From Bacilli bacterium (GTDB lineage Bacteria; Bacillota_I; Bacilli_A; RF39; UBA660), in the NCBI GenBank assembly GCA_007117695.1, contig SKFZ01000014.1, forward strand, positions 1 through 63,019: 63,019 nucleotides of DNA, given 5' to 3'. The notes below the pieces were generated by a model. That model was given only the letters and a program-made list of their open reading frames with translations. It was not told the origin of the DNA and searched no databases. The position numbers and the translations under genes are program-made. This document shows positions 32,988 to 43,100 of the stretch, piece after piece (the stretch's first letter is position 1; each line of letters begins with the position of its first letter).

Positions 32988-33003
32988 TATTTCCCAGGAA
33001 ATA
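32988..33003. promoter_or_regulatory. NBS-like 16-mer TATTTCCCAGGAAATA; may also act as the gyrA terminator stem
   Basis: Starts immediately after the gyrA stop and is followed by CTTTTTCTTTTT. Identical to 17715-17730. Confidence 0.6.
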
Positions 33004-33020
33004 CTTTTTCTTTTTATTAG

Positions 33021-33038
33021 ATGTTCCACGTGGAACAT
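33021..33038. promoter_or_regulatory. parS site 1 (ATGTTCCACGTGGAACAT)
   Basis: The core TGTTCCACGTGGAACA is a perfect palindrome and matches the Bacillota parS consensus TGTTNCACGTGAAACA at 15/16. Confidence 0.85.
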
Positions 33039-33075
33039 CATTCTAAAATCCTTAAAATCGTCATAACATTATCAA

Positions 33076-33093
33076 ATGTTCCACGTGGAACAT
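33076..33093. promoter_or_regulatory. parS site 2 (ATGTTCCACGTGGAACAT)
   Basis: Identical 18-mer, 37 bp after site 1. Confidence 0.85.
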
Positions 33094-33115
33094 TTATAAA
33101 ATGAACATAAAACCA

Positions 33116-33133
33116 ATGTTCCACGTGGAACAT
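33116..33133. promoter_or_regulatory. parS site 3 (ATGTTCCACGTGGAACAT)
   Basis: Identical 18-mer, 22 bp after site 2. Confidence 0.85.
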
Positions 33134-33143
33134 TGCTAATAAT

Positions 33144-33172
33144 TTGATAAATAAGTAAAAAAATAGTATATT
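33144..33172 (+). promoter_or_regulatory. Sigma-A promoter of the SRP RNA gene
   Basis: TTGATA, 17 nt spacer, TATATT. Confidence 0.65.
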
Positions 33173-33178
33173 GGTTGT

Positions 33179-33256
33179 GCACAACAATTAAGTGTTAACC
33201 TGGTCAGGATCGGAAGATAGCAGCCATAAACACCTCTGATTGTGTGTGCTTTTTTA
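33179..33256 (+). ncRNA. ffs: Small signal recognition particle RNA (4.5S/scRNA type), about 77 nt
   Basis: Domain IV signature CCTGGTCAGGATCGGAAGATAGCAGCC (compare E. coli CCAGGUCAGGUCCGGAAGGAAGCAGCC), with a GGAA tetraloop and CAGG/AGCA symmetric loop. The 5' GCACAACAATTAAGTGTT pairs with the 3' AACACCTCTGATTGTGTGTGC and is followed by a T-run. Ends are approximate. Confidence 0.75.
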
Positions 33257-33268
33257 TTAGGAGGTAAA

Positions 33269-33694
33269 ATGAAAACTCAAATAGCAAAATTGATGAAGCT
33301 TGTAAATAAAGCATACAAGGCCGATGAAGTGCCTGTTGCTGCCATGATTATTAAAAATAATAAAATTATAACCAAAAAATATAACAAAAAACAAAAAAGA
33401 AAAGACGTAACAGCTCATGCAGAAATATTAGCTATTAGAAGAGCCGCTCAAAAAGCAAAAACATGGAACTTAGAAGGTGCTGAACTCGTAGTTACTTTAG
33501 AGCCTTGCTTAATGTGTATTATTGTAGCTGAAGAAGCAAGAATAAAAAAAATTTATTATATGAATCAAAATAAAAAAAGTGGCGGAATAGAAGAATATAA
33601 AAAAATTAGAAATAATGTAGAGTTTATTAAATTAGATACTAACATTGAATACGAGAAAAAAATGAAAAAATTTTTTAAAAACAAAAGAGAGTGA
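33269..33694 (+). CDS. tadA: tRNA-specific adenosine deaminase
   Basis: Zinc motifs HAEILAI and TLEPCLMC. SD AGGAGG precedes ATG at 33269. Confidence 0.85.
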   Translation: MKTQIAKLMKLVNKAYKADEVPVAAMIIKNNKIITKKYNKKQKRKDVTAHAEILAIRRAAQKAKTWNLEGAELVVTLEPCLMCIIVAEEARIKKIYYMNQNKKSGGIEEYKKIRNNVEFIKLDTNIEYEKKMKKFFKNKRE

Positions 33695-33749
33695 TCTCTT
33701 TTTTTAAAGTTGTAAAAATGTTATAATTTATATGTTATGGAGGTGTAAA

Positions 33750-35420
33750 GTGAATAAAACATTATATAGAAAATATAGGCCCCAAAAATTTTCTGATGTA
33801 TATGGGCAAGAACCGATTGTTCAAACATTAACGAACGAAATTAAAAACGAAAAAATAGGACATGCATATTTGTTTACAGGCTCCAGAGGTACAGGTAAAA
33901 CTAGTGTCGCTAAAATATTAGGTAAAATGCTCAATTGTACTAATTTAAACGAACAAACTTATGAAGTTTGTAACAAGTGTGTCTCTTGTACACAAATAAA
34001 TAATAATAATAGTAACGACATTATAGAAATAGATGCTGCTTCTAATAATGGAATAGATGAGATAAGAGAATTAAAGAGTAAAATTAATTTAGTTCCATCA
34101 AATAGTAAATATAAAATTTACATAGTAGATGAAGTTCATATGATGACAACACAGGCCTTTAACGCATTGTTAAAAACTCTAGAGGAACCTCCAAGTCACG
34201 TTGTTTTTATATTAGCAACTACGGATCCTGAAAAGCTTCCAATGACAATTCTATCTCGTTGTCAAAGGTTTGATTTTAAAAGAATTCCAAACGATGAAAT
34301 AGTAAAAAACTTAGAATTAATTTGTAAAAAAGAGAAAATTAATTTTGAAAAAGGTGTTTTAAACGAAATTGCTCAACTATCTGAAGGCGGAATGAGAGAT
34401 GCATTAAGCATCTTAGACCAGGTAAGTTCATATTCAGTTAAAAATATTAAGTTGAAAGATGTACATTATGTGAACGGAACATTGACGAAAAAAGAACTTA
34501 GTAAGTTCATTATTGATATAGCTACAGGTGATTTAGATTCGATGTTAATAAAGTCAAAACAATTTGTAAACAGTGGAAAAAACTTAGTAAAAATTACAGA
34601 AGAATTAATTTTTTTCTTAAGAGACATTAGTTTTTACTTTAAAGCTCCAAACTATTTTAAAGAGGCAAACAACAATTATGATATTTTTGAAAAAATAGAA
34701 AAAAAATATAACATAAAAAACACAAATGAAATAATGGATGTTTTGATTATGAAATTATCTGAGTTAAAGAAAACAAATGATCAAATATTAGTTTTTGAAT
34801 TAATGTTATTACAAGTTTATGATTCGGTAAACAAAGAAAAAAAATTAAAAATCAACATGCCAAAAATTTCTAAAAATGAATCGCAGACAGTAACAAAACA
34901 AGAAAAAAAAGAAGCGAACCAAGAAGAAAAAGAAGTAAAACAAAGTTCAAATGATAATGATCATGATATAAACGAATTGAAAAGCATCAGAATAAATAAT
35001 GCTTTAGCTGGACTGAATAAAAGCCAAATGATTCATTATATAAAGGCCTTCCCATCAATAAGAACAAAAACTTTTGATTCTAAGTTTAATTATTTAATAT
35101 CAATGCTAATTGACGGGGAAATAAAAGCTTTTGGAAATAATATTGTTATTATGGTATTTAAAGATTCAACCACTGTTGATGAATTAAATTCAAATTTTGT
35201 TCTTTTAGATGAACTATTTAGCACTTTGTTTAATATTAATACAAAGTTTGTTTGTGTAAATAAAAATGAATGGGAAGAAATAAAAGATAACTTTAATAAA
35301 AAGAAAAAAGAATACAAATTTATAGAGGAGAAAATAGACATTCAAAAATTTGCTCAGAAAACAATTATTGAAAATTCTGAAATAGCAGATACTTTTGGAG
35401 ATTTAGTGGAAATTAATTAA
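33750..35420 (+). CDS. dnaX: DNA polymerase III subunit gamma/tau
   Basis: LYRKYRPQKFSDV, GSRGTGKTS, zinc module CNKCVSC, DEVHM and SRCQRFDF. GTG start after GGAGGTG. Confidence 0.9.
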   Translation: MNKTLYRKYRPQKFSDVYGQEPIVQTLTNEIKNEKIGHAYLFTGSRGTGKTSVAKILGKMLNCTNLNEQTYEVCNKCVSCTQINNNNSNDIIEIDAASNNGIDEIRELKSKINLVPSNSKYKIYIVDEVHMMTTQAFNALLKTLEEPPSHVVFILATTDPEKLPMTILSRCQRFDFKRIPNDEIVKNLELICKKEKINFEKGVLNEIAQLSEGGMRDALSILDQVSSYSVKNIKLKDVHYVNGTLTKKELSKFIIDIATGDLDSMLIKSKQFVNSGKNLVKITEELIFFLRDISFYFKAPNYFKEANNNYDIFEKIEKKYNIKNTNEIMDVLIMKLSELKKTNDQILVFELMLLQVYDSVNKEKKLKINMPKISKNESQTVTKQEKKEANQEEKEVKQSSNDNDHDINELKSIRINNALAGLNKSQMIHYIKAFPSIRTKTFDSKFNYLISMLIDGEIKAFGNNIVIMVFKDSTTVDELNSNFVLLDELFSTLFNINTKFVCVNKNEWEEIKDNFNKKKKEYKFIEEKIDIQKFAQKTIIENSEIADTFGDLVEIN

Positions 35421-35431
35421 GGAGGAATAGT

Positions 35432-35728
35432 ATGAATATACAAGCAATGATGAAACAAGCACAAAAATTACAATCAGATATGGGGAAAGTAAAAAAAGAA
35501 TTAGATGAAACTTTGTATAATGGTAAATCTGGAATAGTTGAAATAGAAATTTATGGTAATTTAAATGTAAACAAAGTAAATATTCATGAAGAAGATTTAA
35601 CAGATGTTGATAAAGAAATGTTAGAGGATATGATAAATATTTCATTGAACCAATGTCTTGAAAAAATAAAAAATGATAAAGAAAGTAAACTTGGCCAATT
35701 TGGGCAAGGAATGCAGGGATTATTATAA
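35432..35728 (+). CDS. ybaB: Nucleoid-associated protein YbaB/EbfC
   Basis: MNIQAMMKQAQKLQSDM N-terminus and conserved dnaX-ybaB-recR context. Confidence 0.85.
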   Translation: MNIQAMMKQAQKLQSDMGKVKKELDETLYNGKSGIVEIEIYGNLNVNKVNIHEEDLTDVDKEMLEDMINISLNQCLEKIKNDKESKLGQFGQGMQGLL

Positions 35729-36330
35729 TGAATTATCCTAAACCAATAATTAATTTAATAGAATGTTATAAAAAACTTCCGGGTGTTGGTGAAAAAACTG
35801 CAGAAAGAATGGCCTTATCTACATTGGAAATGGAGCAAGATCTTTTAGATATGTTTTCTAATTCGATACTTGAAAGTAAAAGTAAAATAAGAAGGTGTGA
35901 GCGTTGTAACAACTTATCAGAAAACAGTTTGTGTGAAATATGCACAAACAAAGATAGAGCAAGCAAAGTCTTATGTGTGGTGGAGGAGCCTAAAAACGTA
36001 TTTGCATTTGAAAAAGTAGGTTCCTATCAAGGTGTTTACCATGTTTTGGATGGCCTGATATCTCCATTGGATGGGATAAATCCAGAAGATATTAATATAG
36101 ACTCACTTGTGAAAAGAATTAAAAATGAAGAAATTGAAGAAGTTATAATAGCTGTTAGGCCAAGTATAGAAGGTGAGACTACTTCACTTTATATTTTAAA
36201 AAAATTAGAAAAATTAAACGTCACAGTATCAAAAATAGCGCATGGTATACCATTGGGTGCCGATATGGATTACATAGATAGTATGACCTTAGAAATGGCT
36301 TTGGACGATAGAAAAAAGATTTCTAATTAG
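35728..36330 (+). CDS. recR: Recombination protein RecR
   Basis: LPGVGEKTAERMA HhH, zinc finger CERCNNLSENSLCEIC, and a Toprim domain. Confidence 0.95.
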   Translation: MNYPKPIINLIECYKKLPGVGEKTAERMALSTLEMEQDLLDMFSNSILESKSKIRRCERCNNLSENSLCEICTNKDRASKVLCVVEEPKNVFAFEKVGSYQGVYHVLDGLISPLDGINPEDINIDSLVKRIKNEEIEEVIIAVRPSIEGETTSLYILKKLEKLNVTVSKIAHGIPLGADMDYIDSMTLEMALDDRKKISN

Positions 36331-36344
36331 AAAGAGATGATTTT

Positions 36345-37202
36345 ATGGATGGTAAAGAAATTCTTCAACCAATTGCAACCAAAATAATTAACAATATTTG
36401 TAATAATAAAAGTCATTCTCATGCCTATTTACTTGAAGTAAATGATTTTAGCGAAAATGAGGATATAATAAATGGGTTTTTAAAATACTTACTTAATGAT
36501 TGTGATATTGGTTGTAAATGCGAAAATTGTGAAAAGATTATTCGAAAGCAACATCCAGAAATAAAATATATAAAACCAGCAGGGCAATTTTTAAAAAAGG
36601 AACAAGTAATTGAGTTACAAGATGAATTTTCAAAAAAACCTGTTTTTTCTAAGAGAAAAGTTTATTTGATATATGGTGCTGAAAAATTTAATCAATCCTC
36701 GGCAAACACAATTTTAAAATTTTTAGAAGAGCCAGATGAAAATATAATTGCTGTTTTACTAACAAACAATATATATAATGTAATTAACACTATTAAAAGT
36801 AGATGCCAAGTGATCAGGTTTATTCCAAATGAAAAGTATAAGCATGATAACTTTATTGATCATGCTAATATATTTTTTAAATACGAGGAAATTGGAAAAG
36901 AGTTTATTTATTTTGAAAACAGCTATAAAGAATATTTTTCGAATAAAGATGAAATATTACACTTTTTTGAATCAGGGATTTATTTATATAAAGAGGCGCT
37001 AAATAAAGTTATTAATGCTGAGAAAATTGAAGATAAGGAAATATCTTTGATTGTAGATTTGATAATTAGCAACAATAGCAAAATGAAATTGGTGAAAAAA
37101 ATTAATTTATTAAAAGAAAAAATGGAAAACATAAAATATAACCCAAATACAAATTTGTTAATTATGGACTTGTTTTTAAGATTGGAGAATGATTATGAAT
37201 AA
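36345..37202 (+). CDS. holB: DNA polymerase III subunit delta-prime
   Basis: HSHAYLL, Cys cluster CKCENCEKI, ILKFLEEP and SRCQVIRF. Confidence 0.75.
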   Translation: MDGKEILQPIATKIINNICNNKSHSHAYLLEVNDFSENEDIINGFLKYLLNDCDIGCKCENCEKIIRKQHPEIKYIKPAGQFLKKEQVIELQDEFSKKPVFSKRKVYLIYGAEKFNQSSANTILKFLEEPDENIIAVLLTNNIYNVINTIKSRCQVIRFIPNEKYKHDNFIDHANIFFKYEEIGKEFIYFENSYKEYFSNKDEILHFFESGIYLYKEALNKVINAEKIEDKEISLIVDLIISNNSKMKLVKKINLLKEKMENIKYNPNTNLLIMDLFLRLENDYE

Positions 37203-37989
37203 CATTGTTGGTATAACTTTCGAAAAAAAAGCTAAAGCTTATAACTTTGTTACTAATGAAGAAGGTTTAAATATTGGCGATTATGTGTTAGTAGAAACTT
37301 CAAAAGGTAGGCAAATCGGAATTGTCAAAACTGATTTTTTAAAAATAAAAAAAGAAGAAGAAATTAATGCATTTAAACCTATAATTAGAAAAGCAACAAC
37401 TGCTGATTTAAAAAAGCATGAGGATAACAAAATAGAAGCAAAAGATGCCTTGAAGACTTGCAAGCAAATTGTCGATAGAAGAAAGATGAAAATGTTAGTA
37501 ACAAAAGCTGAATATACTTTCGATAAAGAAAAATTAATTTTTAGCTTTTTATCTGATAGTAGAGTAGATTTTAGGGAATTAGTAAAAGAATTAGCTTCTA
37601 TTTTTCATACTAGAATAGAATTACTTCAAATCGGCGTTAGAGATAAAGCAAAAGAAGTTGGTGGCGTTGGCTCCTGTGGTCAAGTACTATGTTGTCATAG
37701 ATATATGGAAAAGTTCGACAACATATCGATTAATATGGCTAAGAACCAAAATATCGCTTTAAACCCTAATAAAATTAATGGTCAATGTGGAAGACTGTTA
37801 TGTTGTTTAAAATACGAAGATGAATGTTATAAAGAGTGCAAAAAAGGAATGCCAAAGGTAGGGAGCAGTTATGAAACCAAAGAGGGCGTTGGTAAAATTA
37901 TTTCTGTTGATGTTTTGAACGGCACATTATTAGTAAATGTTCCAGGCCATGGAAATGTGGAGGAAAAAAGTGGAACTTGTTGTAAATGA
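37195..37989 (+). CDS. ricT: PSP1 domain protein RicT (YaaT)
   Basis: PSP1 core with Cys clusters GSCGQVLCCHRY and GQCGRLLCCLKYE. Confidence 0.8.
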   Translation: MNNIVGITFEKKAKAYNFVTNEEGLNIGDYVLVETSKGRQIGIVKTDFLKIKKEEEINAFKPIIRKATTADLKKHEDNKIEAKDALKTCKQIVDRRKMKMLVTKAEYTFDKEKLIFSFLSDSRVDFRELVKELASIFHTRIELLQIGVRDKAKEVGGVGSCGQVLCCHRYMEKFDNISINMAKNQNIALNPNKINGQCGRLLCCLKYEDECYKECKKGMPKVGSSYETKEGVGKIISVDVLNGTLLVNVPGHGNVEEKSGTCCK

Positions 37990-38695
37990 CTTATTAAACT
38001 ACGAAAATATTAAAATAGTCCAAAGCAAGGAAATGTTTAATTTTTCCCTTGATTCGATTTTATTGCCAAATTTTGTTAATTTGAATAAAAGTGTAAGCAA
38101 AATATTAGATATTGGTACTGGAAATGCTCCAATACCTCTTATTTTATATCGCAAGACTACAGCAAAAATAGATGCTGTAGAAATTCAGAAAGAGGTTTAC
38201 GAATTAGCATTAAAAAGTATTGATATGAACAACTTTTCCGATAGAATAAGCGTTTTTAATTGTGATATAAGAGATTTTGCACTAAAGTGTGAATCAGACA
38301 CATATGATGTTATAACGTGTAATCCACCGTTTTTTAATACAAATCAAGAGGGTAACTTTAATAAAAGTTCTGCTAAAAAAATTGCTAGGCATGAAACACA
38401 GTTAAATTTGGAAATTATTTTTATGGTAGCTAAGAAAATTTTAAAAAACAAAGGCAAGATAGCTATAGTACATAGAAGTGATAGATTAGTAGATATCATA
38501 TTTAAAATGAGAAAACATAATATTGAACCGAAAAAAATTATGTTAGTTTATCCTAAGCATGGAAAGAATAGTAATATTGTTTTAGTTGAAGGATCTAAAA
38601 ATGGGGGACCAGGGTTAACCATTAACGATCCATTATATGTTCATGAAGATGATGGTTCATATAGTGAGCAAGTAAAAAAATATTTTGGATGGTGA
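37970..38695 (+). CDS. SAM-dependent methyltransferase, tRNA1(Val) m6A37 TrmN6/YabB-like
   Basis: DIGTGNAPIPL SAM motif and NPPFF catalytic motif. GTG at 37970 after GGAGGA; the start is uncertain. Confidence 0.7.
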   Translation: MELVVNDLLNYENIKIVQSKEMFNFSLDSILLPNFVNLNKSVSKILDIGTGNAPIPLILYRKTTAKIDAVEIQKEVYELALKSIDMNNFSDRISVFNCDIRDFALKCESDTYDVITCNPPFFNTNQEGNFNKSSAKKIARHETQLNLEIIFMVAKKILKNKGKIAIVHRSDRLVDIIFKMRKHNIEPKKIMLVYPKHGKNSNIVLVEGSKNGGPGLTINDPLYVHEDDGSYSEQVKKYFGW

Positions 38696-39521
38696 TATTA
38701 TCAAAAAATTATATTTAATTCCAACGCCAATCGGTAATTTAGACGATATAAGTGAAAGAATGATAAAAACAATTAAAGAGTCAGACATTTTACTTGCTGA
38801 AGATACGAGAAATGCGCAAAAATTATTGAATCATTTAAATATTTCAAAAAAAGTTTTGTCTAACCACCATTTTAATGAATCGAAAAACATATCAAAAATA
38901 ACTAATTTGTTAAAAGAAGAAAAAACAATAGGTTTAATGAGTGATAGAGGAACTCCTTTAATCAGTGATCCGGGTAGCTATGTTGTAGAAGTCGCAATAA
39001 AATATGGGTATGAATTAATTTGCATACCTGGTCCAACTGCTATTATTCCAGCTCTTGTGGTATCAGGATTAAAAACTCAGCCATTTAAATTTATTGGATT
39101 TCTTGATAGCAAAAAGAGTAAACGAATAAAAGAACTTGAAGAACTTCAAAATGAGGACAGTACGATGGTTTTTTATGAATCTCCACATAGGTTAGAAGTG
39201 TCATTAGAAGATATGCTGAAAGTTTTTGGAGATAGAAAAGTTTCAATTACAAAAGAAATAAGTAAGAAATATGAAAAAACTTATAGATCTAAATTAAGTC
39301 AAATAAATGAAATGATTCATCCCATAAAAGGAGAATATGTAGTTGTCGTTGATGGAAATAAAGAGATTATAGATTTTTCAAGTCTCAACTATGTAGAACA
39401 CGTTAATTTATACTTAAACCAAGGAATGGTTTTAATGGATGCAATAAAAAAAGTTGCAAAGGAAAGAAAAAAATCAAAAAGCTATGTATATAAAATTTAC
39501 CACCAAAATGGAGATGATTAA
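38685..39521 (+). CDS. rsmI: 16S rRNA (cytidine1402-2'-O)-methyltransferase
   Basis: LYLIPTPIGNLDDIS, AEDTR and FYESPHRL. TTG start. Confidence 0.9.
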   Translation: MDGDIIKKLYLIPTPIGNLDDISERMIKTIKESDILLAEDTRNAQKLLNHLNISKKVLSNHHFNESKNISKITNLLKEEKTIGLMSDRGTPLISDPGSYVVEVAIKYGYELICIPGPTAIIPALVVSGLKTQPFKFIGFLDSKKSKRIKELEELQNEDSTMVFYESPHRLEVSLEDMLKVFGDRKVSITKEISKKYEKTYRSKLSQINEMIHPIKGEYVVVVDGNKEIIDFSSLNYVEHVNLYLNQGMVLMDAIKKVAKERKKSKSYVYKIYHQNGDD

Positions 39522-40079
39522 ATGAAAATGATAGTAGGAATCGGTAATCCTGGAAACAAATATGAAAAAACTAGGCATAATGTTGGGTTTATGGTTTTGG
39601 ATAAATATGCACAAGAGAAAAAAGTGGAGTTTTCGAAAAGTAAGTTTGGAGGAACGTATGTTCAAACTCAAATTAATGGCGAAAAGGTGATTTTGTTAAA
39701 ACCTGAAAAATATGTAAATTTATCTGGGGAAGTAGTTAGAGAGTTTATCGAATATTTTAAAATTAGCATTGATGATATATTGGTTATTCATGATGATTTG
39801 GATTTAGAGTTAGGAAGTTATAAACTAAAAGCTTCTGGTGGAAGCGCTGGTCACAATGGTATTTCTAATATAATATTACATTTAGCCTCAGATAATTTTA
39901 AAAGATTTAAGGTTGGTATATCGAAAGATAAAAATATTGAAACTAGTAATTATGTTTTATCAAAATTTTCAAAAGATGAATTAGATTTAATATCTGAAAT
40001 TATAGACAAATCTTCAAAAGTAATTGATGATTTTATAAAAACAGATTTCTTAAAGCTGATGAATAAGTCTAATAAATAA
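39522..40079 (+). CDS. pth: Peptidyl-tRNA hydrolase
   Basis: MIVGIGNPGNKYEKTRHNVGF and GGSAGHNG. Confidence 0.95.
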   Translation: MKMIVGIGNPGNKYEKTRHNVGFMVLDKYAQEKKVEFSKSKFGGTYVQTQINGEKVILLKPEKYVNLSGEVVREFIEYFKISIDDILVIHDDLDLELGSYKLKASGGSAGHNGISNIILHLASDNFKRFKVGISKDKNIETSNYVLSKFSKDELDLISEIIDKSSKVIDDFIKTDFLKLMNKSNK

Positions 40080-40102
40080 AGTGATACATAGTATCACTTT
40101 TT
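40080..40102 (+). terminator. Possible terminator or attenuator after pth
   Basis: AGTGATAC-ATA-GTATCACT followed by TTTT. Confidence 0.5.
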
Positions 40103-40118
40103 AAAAGGAGGTGTTAAC

Positions 40119-43100
40119 ATGTTTGATAAGTTTTTCAATGTTAGTGATAATAACATTAATGTAATAGGGCTAACTGAAGAGTTAAAAAGCATATATATAC
40201 ATAACTTGTTTCTTGAAAATAAAACCAAAAATATAATTTATGTAAAAAATACGCTTTATGATATTAATAAAGCATATAGTAGTATAAGTAATTATAATCC
40301 AAATACTCTTATGTATCCCATCGAAGATATGAATTTACGGAGATTAGATGCTATTAGTCCTGAATTGAAAACAATCAGAATGGAAACAACTTCCAATTTA
40401 AAAGCAAAACCGAATGGCAATATTTTAATTACTAACTTGTCAGGATACTTAAAGTGTATTTCTAATTTTTTTGATCATAAACCTATAATTATCAAAACAG
40501 GCAGCAATAATATGGTGGAACTCATAAATAAGTTAAATGATTTTGGTTATGAGAAGCAAAGCTTTGTAAATCAAACAGGTGAGTATGCTGTTAAAGGTTA
40601 TATTCTCGATATTTTTTCTGTCAATAAGGATAATCCAATTAGAATTGAATTTTTCGGTGATGACATTGTATCGATTAGAGAGTTTAATATAGATAGTCAA
40701 AAGAGTTTGAAAAAAGTAACAGAATCATCAGTTTTTTTAAATGTAGAAAATAATGGCGAAACTAATCTCGCAGGAATTTTAGAAAATATTATTTTAGTAT
40801 ATGATGATTTTAATAATCTTTTAAACACCTTCAAACAAAATGTAAACTTTGATTCTAAATATTATGACCTAAACTTAGAAGAAGAATTTAAAAAGCAGGA
40901 TTTTAAAATAAACTTTAGTTTAATAGAAGACCCGTACTTTAAGTTTAAAGAAAGCCATCGCGCTGAGAAGAATGTATTTTTAAGCGAGAGTGAAGATAAA
41001 AACATTAAAGAGATGGTAAAATTGTTAGCTAGTAAGAAAAAAGTGTTATTATGTGTTGAAAATGAAAATAAGGCTAGAAAATTATATAATTACTTGTCTC
41101 TTAAAAGCGAAGTCTTTATATTAACTAATGAAAACAATTTAAGAAATGATAAGATAAACATAATAGCTAAAGAAATATCAGAAGGCTTTACAATTGATGA
41201 TTTAGTCGTTATTAATCATAATGAATTAATAGGTGTTAAAGGACATACCAAAGTATATAAGTCAAAGTATAAAGTTGGGACAAAAATTAAAGAAATAACA
41301 GATTTAACTATTGGTGATTATGTTGTTCACGAAATTTATGGTATTGGGCTATATAAAGGAATAAAAACTATAAAAAAGGCAGACCTCTTAAAAGATTTTT
41401 TACAAATAGAATATAAAAATAGTGATAAAGTTTATATACCTGTTGAAAAAATAGAATACATAAATAAATACGCAAATGGAGATACCAAGGGCGTTAAAAT
41501 AAATAGAATCGGTACTACTGATTGGGAAAAAGCAAAAATAAAAGCTCAAAATAGGGCTAAGAAGGTGGCGTATGACCTTTTAAATCTATATGCAGTTAGA
41601 GAAAAGGAAATAGGTTTTGCTTTCAATCCAGATGATAACAACCAGCAAGAGTTTGAAAGAGATTTTAGATTTATCCCTACAGAGGACCAAGTTAAAGCAA
41701 TGCAAGATATAAAAACAGATATGGAAAACCCCAAACCAATGGATAGATTACTTTGTGGTGATGTGGGATTTGGTAAAACTGAAGTGGCATTTAGAGCAGC
41801 TTTTAAAGCAGTTAATTCAGCTAAGCAAGTTATGATTTTATGTCCCACAACAATTTTGTCAAGACAGCATTACGCAAACGCGAGAGAAAGGTTTAGTTTT
41901 TACCCTATCAACTTTGCTATTTTGAATAGGTTTACAACTAGTAAGGAAGCTAAATATATAATCAAGAAATTTAGTGAGGGAAAAATAGATGTTTTAATAG
42001 GAACGCACCGAATTTTAAGCGATGATGTAACTGCAAAGGATTTAGGGTTGTTAATCGTAGATGAAGAACAAAGGTTTGGTGTTAATCATAAAGAAAAAAT
42101 AAAAGATCTTAAAAAGGGTGTGGATGTTCTTAGTTTGTCAGCAACACCAATACCTAGAACTATTCAAATGACAATGTCAGGTATGAGAGATTTGAGCACA
42201 ATTGAAACACCGCCATTAAATAGATATCCTGTTCAAACATATGTTTTGCAAGAGGATTATGAATTAATTAAAAGTGCAGTGTATAATGAAATATCTAGAG
42301 GTGGGCAGGCATTCATCTTAAACAATGATGTTAAAAGTATGGAACTGGTGAAAAACAAATTGCTTGATATAATGCCTGATATTAAAATAGGAATAGCACA
42401 TGGAAAAATGAATAAGCATCAAATTGAAAATGTCATGAATGATTTTTCAAATAATGATTATAATGTTCTTTTATGTACAACAATCATTGAAACTGGAATA
42501 GATATTCCAAACGTTAATACATTAATTATATTAGATTCAAATAATTTTGGACTATCTCAGTTATACCAACTAAGAGGGAGAGTTGGAAGAAGTGATAAAG
42601 TAGCCTATTGTTATTTAATGTACAAAAAAAACAAAATATTAACAGAATTAGCAACAAAGAGGTTGAAAATAATCAAAGATTTCACAGCATTAGGCAGTGG
42701 TCTATCTATAGCAATAAGAGATTTATCTCTAAGAGGCGCTGGAGATATACTTGGAAGCGAGCAATCCGGCTTTATTTCAAGCGTTGGTGTAGAGTTATTT
42801 TTGAAGATGGTTAAAGAAGAAGTTGCAAAATTAAAAGGTGAGACTATAATTGAACAAAAAGAGCAAAAGCCAATATTAGATGTTTATACGCACATCGATG
42901 GCGAATTTGATGAACAAACAAAAATTGAAATGCACCAAAGAATAAACGATATAAATACTAAAGAAGATATTATAGACTTGAAAAGCGAATTTAAAGATCG
43001 ATTTGGTGATGTTAGTGAAAACCTCTTAATTTATATGCACGAAGAGCTTTTAGAGAAAAGAGCAATGAAACTTGGAATTAGCACAATTAATAGAAAAAGA

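Noticed and set aside
33021-33133. The triple 18-bp repeat as a small CRISPR array
   Set aside because: The repeats are perfect palindromes identical to parS. The spacers are unequal (37 and 22 bp) and there are no cas genes. A parS array explains the repeats fully.
42608-42814. 68-aa plus-strand ORF in an alternative frame inside mfd
   Set aside because: It is embedded in the conserved helicase region of mfd. The product is Arg/Lys-rich and looks like a frame artefact.
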